Assembly (NCBI GenBank): GCA_964473075.1
Contig: CAYYMN010000006.1
Location: forward strand, 1-34,680
Source of the DNA: Candidatus Woesearchaeota archaeon
GTDB lineage: Archaea; Nanobdellota; Nanobdellia; SCGC-AAA011-G17; GW2011-AR17
Direction: 5' to 3'
Length of the DNA: 34,680 nucleotides
Below, in pieces: positions 8,421 through 16,530 of this stretch; within the stretch, counting starts at the first letter, position 1; each line of letters starts with the position of its first letter. The position numbers and the translations under genes were made by a program. The notes beneath the pieces are model-generated. The model saw only the letters and a list, made by a program, of their open reading frames with translations, was not told the DNA's origin and did no database searches.

Positions 8421-8881
8421 TTTCTGTTGTATGAAGTCCAAATGGTTCGTTCATTTTTTTTCAGTAATACACCAATATCATGATATGAAAGTGATTTGCT
8501 CTCGTGGAGATATTTGACAATAGTTTTCATAGGAGGGATTTTATCAGAAAAGATGTCTAGAGGGATTTGAAGTTCTGATTTTAGGGATTTTAATTTTGAA
8601 GGATATTTCTTTTTTGTATTAGTATAAGTGTGCCAGAGATTTTTTTCGTTGCGTTTTAGAATAAGAGAAATTTCATGCAGGGTCAGATCTTTTTCTTCTT
8701 TAAGATATTTTACGATTGATTCCAATGGTGTGAGTTTATTATTAAAAATTGAAATGGGAATAAAGGGTTTGTTTAAATCATCTAATAGTTGCTGCAGGTA
8801 TTGTTTGATTTGGGTTTCATTAAGGTTTAGGCGAGTCTGCAAAGTAGTAAGAATCTCATTAGAATAATTCACCCCTGGCAT
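8417..8881 (-). CDS. tandem helix-turn-helix protein (two sigma-70 region 4 / LuxR-like HTH repeats)
   Basis: 154 aa with an internal duplication: IPISIFNNKLTPLESIVKYLKEEKDLTLHEISLILKRNEKNLWHTY versus IPLDIFSDKIPPMKTIVKYLHESKSLSYHDIGVLLKKNERTIWTSY. Its stop overlaps the start of the giant protein gene (ATGA at 8417-8420). Confidence 0.5.
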   Translation of the reverse strand: MPGVNYSNEILTTLQTRLNLNETQIKQYLQQLLDDLNKPFIPISIFNNKLTPLESIVKYLKEEKDLTLHEISLILKRNEKNLWHTYTNTKKKYPSKLKSLKSELQIPLDIFSDKIPPMKTIVKYLHESKSLSYHDIGVLLKKNERTIWTSYNRK

Positions 8882-8985
8882 TATACGCTTAATGTAAGGT
8901 TTATTTATAAATATTTGTATTTTTTACTTATATTGAATGTATTAACTACACTTTTTGTAAGGTTTTTATACTTACTCTTAATGTA

Positions 8986-9456
8986 TTACTCAAAAGATTC
9001 TTCATCATTATTAGTTATAGAATGTAGTCTTCTTTCCTTAGGAACCATATTTCTTAGAACATTATTCCTTAAATTTCCACAGCCTAGAATGTCTTTATCT
9101 TGCTGGACAATAACATAACCTGAATCACCATCAAGTTGAATATCTTCACCCTTCATCCAGCTTTCTGCTTGAGATTTAGTTAATAAGATTATATTCTTTT
9201 TTGCTTGAATTAACTGAGAACCTTCAATAGAAAGTCTAAAACCATCATGTTCTCTCTTTCCGAAGTACATTCCTTGGTTGTTAACTCTTAAGCCAGTTAA
9301 ATCAATGTTAGCATAATCTTTACTCAAAAGAAAAATTTTGTTATCAGAAGCTTCAAAGAACAAAAAATCTAAATCTGCCTGAAAATCAAATTGTTCCTTC
9401 AACTGCAAAAATAATTCTTTCCTCTCGCGAGTGTTTAAAAATTTAACTTTGGACAT
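8986..9456 (-). CDS. NIP7-like pre-PUA/PUA RNA-binding protein
   Basis: I take the start at the internal ATG at 9456 (MSKVKFLNTRERKELF...). The track ORF extends into the divergent promoter. The GMYFGK...FRLSIEGS...GYVIV...ILGCG...NMVPKERR pattern resembles archaeal Nip7/PUA proteins. Confidence 0.5.
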   Translation of the reverse strand: MSKVKFLNTRERKELFLQLKEQFDFQADLDFLFFEASDNKIFLLSKDYANIDLTGLRVNNQGMYFGKREHDGFRLSIEGSQLIQAKKNIILLTKSQAESWMKGEDIQLDGDSGYVIVQQDKDILGCGNLRNNVLRNMVPKERRLHSITNNDEESFE

Positions 9457-9474
9457 GAATTGGAAATATGCACA

Positions 9475-9490
9475 GATATATTTATATATT
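9475..9490. promoter_or_regulatory. shared near-palindromic TATA element for the divergent NIP7-like and gltX genes
   Basis: GATATATTTATATATT is centred about 27-28 bp from both ATGs (9456 on the minus strand, 9511 on the plus strand). Neither gene has a GGAGG upstream. Confidence 0.4.
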
Positions 9491-9510
9491 CCTATTCTAA
9501 ATTTAAGAGT

Positions 9511-11148
9511 ATGGAGCAAGAGATTAGAAAGTATGCTTTGCACAATGCTTTGAAGTATAATGGAAAGGCTAATTCTGGGGCTGTAGTCGGGCAAATATTT
9601 TCTACTCATCCAGATTTGAAAAAGAAGGCTGGGGAGATTATCAAACTTGTGAATGAGATTGTTTTGAAAGTGAATAAACTCAATGTTGAAGAGCAAAAAA
9701 AAGAATTAAATAAAATTGCACCAGAATTATTAGAAGAAAAAAAAGAAAGAAAGAAAAAAGAATTGCCAGAATTAAAAAATGTCAAAGGAAAGGTTATTAC
9801 AAGGCTGCCACCAGAACCATCAAAGTATATTCATTTAGGGCACGCAGTTTCGTTCATAATTAATTATCTTTATGCGAAGAAGTATAATGGAAAATGTGTT
9901 CTGAGGTTTGATGATACGAATCCAGAAAAAGCTAAGAAAGAATATTATGATGCTGTTGAAAAAGATTTGAAGTGGTTGAAAATAGATTATGATTCAAAAA
10001 TTATTGCTTCTGAGCACATGGAAGAATTCTATAAATATGCAGAGCAGATGATTAAAAATGATGAGGCTTATGTATGCTTTTGTGAGAAGGAAACAATGAG
10101 AAACTTTAGAGAGAAGAGTAAAATCTGTGATCATAGGCAACATAAAGAAAAAGAGAACTTGGAATTTTGGAAAGGGATGCTGAAGGGGAAGTTTAAGGAG
10201 GGAAAAGCTACATTAAGGCTCAAAGGGGATATGAGTAATGGAAATGCGGTCATGAGAGATCCAGTTTTATTCAGGATTGTAGAGAAAGCGCATGCATTAA
10301 CAGGGAAGAAATACAAGGTTTGGCCAATGTATGATTTTGAGACAGCTGTCGGGGAGGAAATTGCTGGGGTCACGCATATTTTCAGAAGCAATGAATTCGG
10401 AGAGATGAGAATAGAGCTACAAGATTATATCAAAGATTTATTGAAGTTCAAGAAGCAAGAAGTGTTGCAGTATGGGAGAGTTTCTGTGAATGGGTATGAG
10501 ATGCAAGGAAGGGTGATGAAAGAAAAAATTGAGAGGAAAGAAGTTGAAGGATGGGATGATCCGAGGTTGATGACGATTATGGCGCTGAGAAGGAGAGGAA
10601 TAGTACCGGAAACCTTTCATGAACTTGCATTAGAAGCTGGATTGTCTGCTACGCCGACGAATTTAGACTGGAGTGTGGTTGCGGCGATTAATAGGAAGAT
10701 TATTGATCCAATTGCAAAAAGGTATTTCTTTGTGAGGGATGCAAAAAAAATTAAAATTGAAAATTCTGTGAATAGTGTGAAGGTGTCTGTGCATCCAGAG
10801 AATAAAGAGTTAGGAATGAAGACAATTAAAATTGGAAAAGAGTTTTATGTGCAGGATGAGATCAAGAAAGGGATTGTATACAGATTCATGCATTTGTTTA
10901 ATTTTAAAGATGCAAAGTTTGTTTCTCAGGAGTATGAACAGAAGTTAGGGGCGAAAATTATTCATGCTGTGCCTGTTGAGGATTCAATTGATGTCCAAGT
11001 ATTAATGGATAATGGAAAAATAATCAAAGGAAAAGGAGAAGGGGCACTTAGAGATTTGAAAGAAGGAGAAATTGTGCAGTTTGAGAGGATGTTCTTTGCG
11101 CGATTGGATGATAAGAAGAAAATGTTGTTTGTGTATGCGCATGATTAA
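9511..11148 (+). CDS. gltX: glutamyl-tRNA synthetase, archaeal/eukaryal type
   Basis: It has the class I HIGH motif (HLGHAV) and an archaeal GluRS-like N-terminus (IRKYALHNALKYNGKANSGAVVG). The ATG at 9511 is preferred over the track start at 9460. Confidence 0.85.
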   Translation: MEQEIRKYALHNALKYNGKANSGAVVGQIFSTHPDLKKKAGEIIKLVNEIVLKVNKLNVEEQKKELNKIAPELLEEKKERKKKELPELKNVKGKVITRLPPEPSKYIHLGHAVSFIINYLYAKKYNGKCVLRFDDTNPEKAKKEYYDAVEKDLKWLKIDYDSKIIASEHMEEFYKYAEQMIKNDEAYVCFCEKETMRNFREKSKICDHRQHKEKENLEFWKGMLKGKFKEGKATLRLKGDMSNGNAVMRDPVLFRIVEKAHALTGKKYKVWPMYDFETAVGEEIAGVTHIFRSNEFGEMRIELQDYIKDLLKFKKQEVLQYGRVSVNGYEMQGRVMKEKIERKEVEGWDDPRLMTIMALRRRGIVPETFHELALEAGLSATPTNLDWSVVAAINRKIIDPIAKRYFFVRDAKKIKIENSVNSVKVSVHPENKELGMKTIKIGKEFYVQDEIKKGIVYRFMHLFNFKDAKFVSQEYEQKLGAKIIHAVPVEDSIDVQVLMDNGKIIKGKGEGALRDLKEGEIVQFERMFFARLDDKKKMLFVYAHD

Positions 11149-11810
11149 ATGATTTCTATTATTTCACCAATTTTTTTTGTACATTTGTATAAGCGAGCAG
11201 GTCTATGTGAAACACCTTCTGTAAATTCATTAGTTGGTTCAACCAATTCTAGACCAAAAATCTTTTTTCTAAAGTTTCTTTTGTCAAAAGGATGATTAAA
11301 TATTATTTCATATAGTCCCTGAAGCTGTGTTAGTGTGAACTTTTTTGATAGTAATTGGAATGCAATAGTAGTATATTCTAACTTCCATCTTAATCTTAAC
11401 AAAGCATAATCAAGGATCTTCTTATGATCAAATGCCAATTGAGGAAGACTATAAGCTGAGAACCATTTCGCTTCTGAGACATCAGTACTTCCTTTGATAG
11501 TTTGATTTTCAGAATTGATTAAAGCAAAATAAGCTACTGTAATTATTTGGCCTCTAGGATCTCTTTTAGGTTCACCAAAAGTATATAACTGTTCCAAGTA
11601 AATATCTTTTACACCAGTTTCTTCAACTAATTCTCTCTTTGCAGCTTCATCTAAGGATTCTTGTTCCTTAAGAAAACCACCTGGAAGAGCCCACATTCCT
11701 TTGAAAGGTTCAATTGCCCTTTTAATCAGTAAAACTTTTAGATCTTCATTTTGCACAGAAAAAATAATTATATCAACTGTTACAGATGGTTTGAAATAAT
11801 CTTTGGACAT
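11145..11810 (-). CDS. nrtR: NrtR-like Nudix hydrolase fused to a C-terminal winged-helix domain (putative NAD-regulon regulator)
   Basis: 221 aa. It has an intact Nudix box (GGFLKEQESLDEAAKRELVEETGV) followed by a ~90 aa C-terminal domain (LEYTTIAFQLL...FTLTQLQGLYEII...KRNFRKK) characteristic of NrtR. It sits beside the NAD genes. Confidence 0.7.
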   Translation of the reverse strand: MSKDYFKPSVTVDIIIFSVQNEDLKVLLIKRAIEPFKGMWALPGGFLKEQESLDEAAKRELVEETGVKDIYLEQLYTFGEPKRDPRGQIITVAYFALINSENQTIKGSTDVSEAKWFSAYSLPQLAFDHKKILDYALLRLRWKLEYTTIAFQLLSKKFTLTQLQGLYEIIFNHPFDKRNFRKKIFGLELVEPTNEFTEGVSHRPARLYKCTKKIGEIIEII

Positions 11811-11861
11811 AATGTTATTAAAACAATAAGCTATTTAAATGTTATTATAATTGTAAAAAAT

Positions 11862-13349
11862 ATGGTTACAATTTTATTCCCTGGTAGGCATCACATGCTT
11901 ACAAAGTTTCAATATAGTTATCTGAGAAGCATTATTGATCAAGGAATTAAAGGAAAAAAAGTGGATAGAATTATCTTTGCAATCACTTCAGCAGATCATG
12001 CAAATACAAGAAGAAATCCTATTCCATTATATCTAAGAGTATTAGCCATAGATAAATTTTCAAGAGACTTACCATGTGAAATTAAAATTTATGCCATTCC
12101 AGATGTCAAAAATACGAATAAATTTGCAGAATATTTATTACACCAAGTTGAATTCCAAGGAGAAGAAAAATTAACTCCAAAGAATACAATTTTAGCTTGT
12201 TCAACACCAGAGGTCATAAGATTATTTAAGAAATTGAAGTTTGAGAATCTTCCAGTAGAATTAATTAATGAAAAAAAAGAGAAGTATTCAACATTAAGAC
12301 CATTCGAAGTCATAAATCTTTTAGTAAAGGAAGGAAATAAATGGAGAACAGAAATAGAATGGAAAGAATATGCTTCTCAATCCTCACAGGATGTATATTT
12401 AGAATATAATTTGGGAACATGTATTATTGAATTGTTTAAAGATTCGGTAATCAGCGAGGATGCAAATATTACTGAGACCAGAGATTATAATAGTTATGCT
12501 CGAGGAATGGATCAAAATATTATTTTTAAATTTAATGATATAAAACCTTTTGTTGTAGAAGGAAAAATTGTGGATTCAGGATGTGGAACTGGTTCTTTAG
12601 TTTGGCATTTATCCCAGGAGTTCAAGGAATCAGATATAATTGGAATAGAGGCTACAAGAAATTTTTATGAGTACTGCAAATTGCAACAATATCCGAACCC
12701 GTTTGTTTTCTTCTACAGAAAAAATATTTTAGATCAAAATTTTAAGGAAAATACAATTAATACATTTATTTATTCTTCAGTCTTGCATGAAATCTATTCT
12801 TACATAGGTGTTGATGCTCTTAGAAAATTGTTAAAAAGAACTCATATACAATTAGCACACAAAGGAAGAATAGTAATAAGAGATGTTGTTGGACCCGAGA
12901 ATGGAAATAAAAAAGTATTGATGGAATTAAATGAAAAAGATGGGAAAAAAACAGGGGATATAAAGGTTCTTTCTACTTATGCAAAATTCTATAAATTTGT
13001 TAAGGATTTTATTCCAAGAAAAATTAAATTAAAAGAAATAAAAATTGAAAATAAGAAATTTATTGAACTCACATTAAAAGATGCTTATGAATATATGAGC
13101 AAGATGAATTATATTGACAACTGGCATAGTGAGATGCATGAAGAGTTTGGATTTTGGAGTTTTAGTGATTGGAAAAAGGAATTAAAAAAGGCTGGATTTG
13201 AAATAGTTTATGGCTCACACCCTTTCAAAAGTGATTATATTATTGAAAAAATGTATAAAGGAAAAGTTTCGTTATTTGAAAAAAGAGGTAAAAACTTAGT
13301 CCCATTTGATTATCCTCCAACAAATATGATACTCGCAGGAGAAAAATAA
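11862..13349 (+). CDS. fusion protein: NMNAT-like nucleotidyltransferase-fold N-domain plus class I SAM-dependent methyltransferase
   Basis: I take the start at the ATG at 11862 (MVTILFPGRHHMLTKFQ). The N-domain has a degenerate GRFxPxHxGH-like motif and a CSTPEVIR (SxTxxR-like) motif. The C-domain has SAM motif I (VDSGCGTGSL). Confidence 0.5.
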   Translation: MVTILFPGRHHMLTKFQYSYLRSIIDQGIKGKKVDRIIFAITSADHANTRRNPIPLYLRVLAIDKFSRDLPCEIKIYAIPDVKNTNKFAEYLLHQVEFQGEEKLTPKNTILACSTPEVIRLFKKLKFENLPVELINEKKEKYSTLRPFEVINLLVKEGNKWRTEIEWKEYASQSSQDVYLEYNLGTCIIELFKDSVISEDANITETRDYNSYARGMDQNIIFKFNDIKPFVVEGKIVDSGCGTGSLVWHLSQEFKESDIIGIEATRNFYEYCKLQQYPNPFVFFYRKNILDQNFKENTINTFIYSSVLHEIYSYIGVDALRKLLKRTHIQLAHKGRIVIRDVVGPENGNKKVLMELNEKDGKKTGDIKVLSTYAKFYKFVKDFIPRKIKLKEIKIENKKFIELTLKDAYEYMSKMNYIDNWHSEMHEEFGFWSFSDWKKELKKAGFEIVYGSHPFKSDYIIEKMYKGKVSLFEKRGKNLVPFDYPPTNMILAGEK

Positions 13350-13350
13350 A

Positions 13351-13797
13351 TTATTCATTAATCCAATTTTTAATTTGATTTGCAAGATCTTGTAAAGAGT
13401 AAACAATCTTTACTTCAGGTCTAATAAGACTAGTTTGAATTTCAACATCTTTTCTTCTTTTATAATTCGGATGTACACCTATGAATAAAATTTTACTATT
13501 TGCACTTTGTTTGCCAAGTTCATAAAGGGTTATTGGGCAAAGTGTTTCCTCAGTAAACCAAAAAGAAACTGCAGAAGCCTTATTCAAATGTTCATATTCC
13601 CATTTAATTTGCTCTTGTTCAAGATTAGTATTATTTTCTGAATAAAATCTTCTTCTGGGATTAAGTAGTGTTAAGTTCAAATCCTTTAGTAAAAAAACAA
13701 ACTCTTGTTGCCAATTACTACATCCACTAATTCCACCAGCTAAAAATAAAGACTTTTCTTTTCCGGAGAAAATTTCAGGACATTCGATATATTTCAT
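13351..13797 (-). CDS. nucleoside 2-deoxyribosyltransferase-like protein
   Basis: 148 aa with LFLAGGISG...W near the N-terminus and a LYELGK motif carrying a candidate catalytic Glu. Its start forms an ATGA overlap with the nadK stop (13794-13797). Confidence 0.45.
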   Translation of the reverse strand: MKYIECPEIFSGKEKSLFLAGGISGCSNWQQEFVFLLKDLNLTLLNPRRRFYSENNTNLEQEQIKWEYEHLNKASAVSFWFTEETLCPITLYELGKQSANSKILFIGVHPNYKRRKDVEIQTSLIRPEVKIVYSLQDLANQIKNWINE

Positions 13798-14564
13798 ACT
13801 ACCACCACCTTTAAAGGTTTATCAGAAAGTTTTATTTCAACTTGATCCCCAGTATTAAAATCATATATGGAATCATTAATTGCAACTATACTACCAGAAT
13901 CACGAGTGGATTCAATGGAGAGCTTTTCGTCAACAAGTATTTCACCATTTAATATTGAAGGAATAAAAATTCTTTCACCAAAATAAGGTTCTCTTATTAT
14001 AAAACTAAGCTTTTTTTCGGAATAATGAAATGGTTTTCCACCAGCTGAAAGAAACCAAGCTTTAGAACCAGAGCCTGTAGAAACGAGAACTCCAGAACTT
14101 CTTTGTTCTTCAATTTTATCTTTATAATTGATCTTATATCTAGAGGTATGAAATTGAGAGGCTGCTCCAATATAAACTTCGTTGATTGCTTTCTCAGGAA
14201 GAATTTTATTATTTAATTTAATTTCTGCTCTTTGTCTTTCAATAATATTAAAATTATTTTGTAATAGTTTTTGGAGTTTATCAATTTCTTCTATTCTAAT
14301 TGAAGTTAATGCACCTTCACTAGTTTCGGGATTGGAATTTATACCAAAAATTAATGAATCTTCAATTAAATGAGCAGCTTTTACAAAGGTACCATCACCA
14401 CCAATAGTAATAACTAAATCAATTTCTAGTAAATCTTCTTTTTTTAGATTATTAAAAGCAATTATTTTTATTTTACTTCCTGGGAAAAAAAGATTTATTT
14501 TTTCAATTACCTCAGACCCTAAATGGAGATTATTTTTTAATAAAATTGCGATTTGTTCAAACAT
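13794..14564 (-). CDS. nadK: NAD kinase
   Basis: It has the GGDGT motif (VITIGGDGTFVKAAH) and an NEVYIG motif. The ATG at 14564 is preceded by GGAGGG. The track start at 14576 is a TTG. Confidence 0.8.
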   Translation of the reverse strand: MFEQIAILLKNNLHLGSEVIEKINLFFPGSKIKIIAFNNLKKEDLLEIDLVITIGGDGTFVKAAHLIEDSLIFGINSNPETSEGALTSIRIEEIDKLQKLLQNNFNIIERQRAEIKLNNKILPEKAINEVYIGAASQFHTSRYKINYKDKIEEQRSSGVLVSTGSGSKAWFLSAGGKPFHYSEKKLSFIIREPYFGERIFIPSILNGEILVDEKLSIESTRDSGSIVAINDSIYDFNTGDQVEIKLSDKPLKVVVV

Positions 14565-15495
14565 TTTTCCCTCCAATTTTTGTAAATTGCCTTTGATTTT
14601 TATAACTATCTACTATGGAATCTAACAGATTTAAACTTGAAATAACTGATTCTTTGGCCATACAAACATCATCCCCAAGCATAAAAGTTCTATAGCCCAT
14701 TAACAAAGAACCATAAACATCAGTTATATCCGTGCATGAAGGTTCTAAACTTGTAGCCAAAGAATTAAATATTCTAGATGCAAGAATAGCATTAGGATCT
14801 TTGCTTAAAATTTCATGCATTGCAGCAACAATCAAATGAGGTCTTGAAACTTCAACAAATAAATCTCCTCTTGCAGTTAATAGTCTTACATTCTCTGACC
14901 ATTCATTTCTAACATAAGACAAACCTTTAGGGGATTCTATCTTTGCAACAAGATTCGAATCAGGAACAATTTTTTTAAAATTAGTAATATCAATTGAAGA
15001 TTCTACAAAAGAAAGCATATAATTTTTTAGGCCTAATTTTTCTGCAGCTTCGATATATCTTTTATCAGTATCAGTCAGAAAACCATTTATCAACAATGAA
15101 GGATCTGGAATATTCAATGATTCCCCTGGACCAATTACTCTTCTAGGACCTTCTAAGAAAATTAATTTATTTTCATTTACAGCAACTAATGTAGCACATT
15201 CTTGACCATCATGAAAATATGCAGTAGTAGGAACATTGACTTGAATTGGATGGCTGACTTCAACTTCTGTGAAAGGTGGAACCCAATAACCTTTGACTCT
15301 AAGCTGACGAGCTTTAAGATCTATCCAAAGTTCTTTTGGGGAACAAATTTCTTTTAATCTACTCAATAAATCTTCTAAAGAATCTTTTATAGGCATAACT
15401 GTATTTAATCTAACTCCAGAGACTAATGGATGTGATACAACCTCTTTAATGAAAGGTGCATAAGGGGGGATTGTTACAATTGCATTTGGTTTCAT
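14557..15495 (-). CDS. truncated, divergent pyruvate-kinase-like TIM-barrel protein (A plus short B domain, no C-terminal domain)
   Basis: 312 aa that aligns by eye to PK motifs: AIVTIPP/SGVRLNT (GMNVARLNFSHG region), WIDLKARQLR (DTKGPEIR), LTDTDKRYI (TEKD), VAKIESPKGL (KIEN), TARGDLFVEV (ARGDLGVEI) and PSCTDITDV...FMLGDD (PTRAE..DV..MLSGE). Confidence 0.55.
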   Translation of the reverse strand: MKPNAIVTIPPYAPFIKEVVSHPLVSGVRLNTVMPIKDSLEDLLSRLKEICSPKELWIDLKARQLRVKGYWVPPFTEVEVSHPIQVNVPTTAYFHDGQECATLVAVNENKLIFLEGPRRVIGPGESLNIPDPSLLINGFLTDTDKRYIEAAEKLGLKNYMLSFVESSIDITNFKKIVPDSNLVAKIESPKGLSYVRNEWSENVRLLTARGDLFVEVSRPHLIVAAMHEILSKDPNAILASRIFNSLATSLEPSCTDITDVYGSLLMGYRTFMLGDDVCMAKESVISSLNLLDSIVDSYKNQRQFTKIGGKNV

Positions 15496-15522
15496 TTTTT
15501 TACCTCCAAAAAATAAAAAAAA

Positions 15523-16476
15523 TTATGGTGTAAGCAGCTTACTTTTCCTCGAAGCTTGAACACCAATTACTTGCGACTTTGTTGAGCCTGCATTAGGGAC
15601 ATAACGAATGGATTGCAAAACAGCATTCATATCTGCAGGATCTTGCCTTGCAGAAAGGTTTTTAGTATAATCACCAAATTGACCAAAATGTTTTGCAATA
15701 ATTCCCATTGCAACATCTACAGCTCTTTCCGCAGAAGGAAGTTCGATAATTTTCTCTACACCAAAAACTGATTCCCATTGTTCACGGATAATACTTTCCT
15801 CTTGATCCCGAGAATAAGGTTTTCTAAGCATATAGATATTGAATTTTCTATTAAGCTCATGCCACATAGTTCTTGCGTCTAAATCAGATTCTTGGATGTC
15901 TCCGATTAATGTACTTACTTGATCAGAACTTACTTTTTCATAGAAGCCTTCATCACCAAACATAATCAAGAAAGGTGATCTAGCATTAGGCATTCTTACA
16001 TGGGTGTTCATAAAATGGCCAAACAATTCATAAGTCTCTCTGCCTTGACCTCCTCCACCACCTTCTGCTGCAAGAGCTCTAATATGGTCATCTAAAACTG
16101 GACCCTTTCCAAAACTATTTATTTGTAATGGATAGCTATCACAGTTTGCATCACCAATTGCACAGAAAGAAATTTCTAAATCTGGTTTATACTGACTCAA
16201 TGTTTGATAAAGCAATGGAAGCCTATCAAATATTTCTGCTGGCCAGTGTGCCATTGAACCGGTTACATCAATTCCAACAACAATTGGATTTTCACTTGCA
16301 GTCTCAAGAATTTTATTCAATGGACTAACTAAAGACCAGTCCGGATCTGTTCTTCTGCTGTAGGTTCTAGGTTTTGCAGTTGATGCATTTTTGTCTAAGT
16401 AAGCTCGTCTTGCAGGATCATAATTATATGCCTGCGGTTTTTTCCAAGTCGATGTGTCATTTCCCCAACTATACAT
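15523..16476 (-). CDS. von Willebrand factor A (vWA) domain protein
   Basis: It has a MIDAS-like motif, VVGIDVTGSM (a DxTxS variant of DxSxS), in a Rossmann-like context. The ATG at 16476 is preceded by GGAGG. The track start at 16500 is a GTG. Confidence 0.6.
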   Translation of the reverse strand: MYSWGNDTSTWKKPQAYNYDPARRAYLDKNASTAKPRTYSRRTDPDWSLVSPLNKILETASENPIVVGIDVTGSMAHWPAEIFDRLPLLYQTLSQYKPDLEISFCAIGDANCDSYPLQINSFGKGPVLDDHIRALAAEGGGGGQGRETYELFGHFMNTHVRMPNARSPFLIMFGDEGFYEKVSSDQVSTLIGDIQESDLDARTMWHELNRKFNIYMLRKPYSRDQEESIIREQWESVFGVEKIIELPSAERAVDVAMGIIAKHFGQFGDYTKNLSARQDPADMNAVLQSIRYVPNAGSTKSQVIGVQASRKSKLLTP

Positions 16477-16530
16477 TTTATTCCTCCTGATACAGCTCAC
16501 GCTATATCGATCTTCATTATTTTTTTCTGT

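Noticed and set aside
8915-9696. The long track ORF 8986-9696 with its N-terminal extension, and ORFs 8915-9118 and 8628-8867.
   Set aside because: The extension runs through the divergent promoter and into gltX on the opposite strand, so I adopted the internal ATG at 9456. The others are shadow ORFs.
11811-11861. The direct repeat AATGTTATTA (11811-11820 and 11838-11847) and small inverted repeats in the nrtR / fusion-gene spacer as operators.
   Set aside because: These are short, very AT-rich repeats that are expected by chance at this composition. Only the 11811-11827 GT-N7-AC-containing segment is mentioned, as a weak relative of the pncB boxes.
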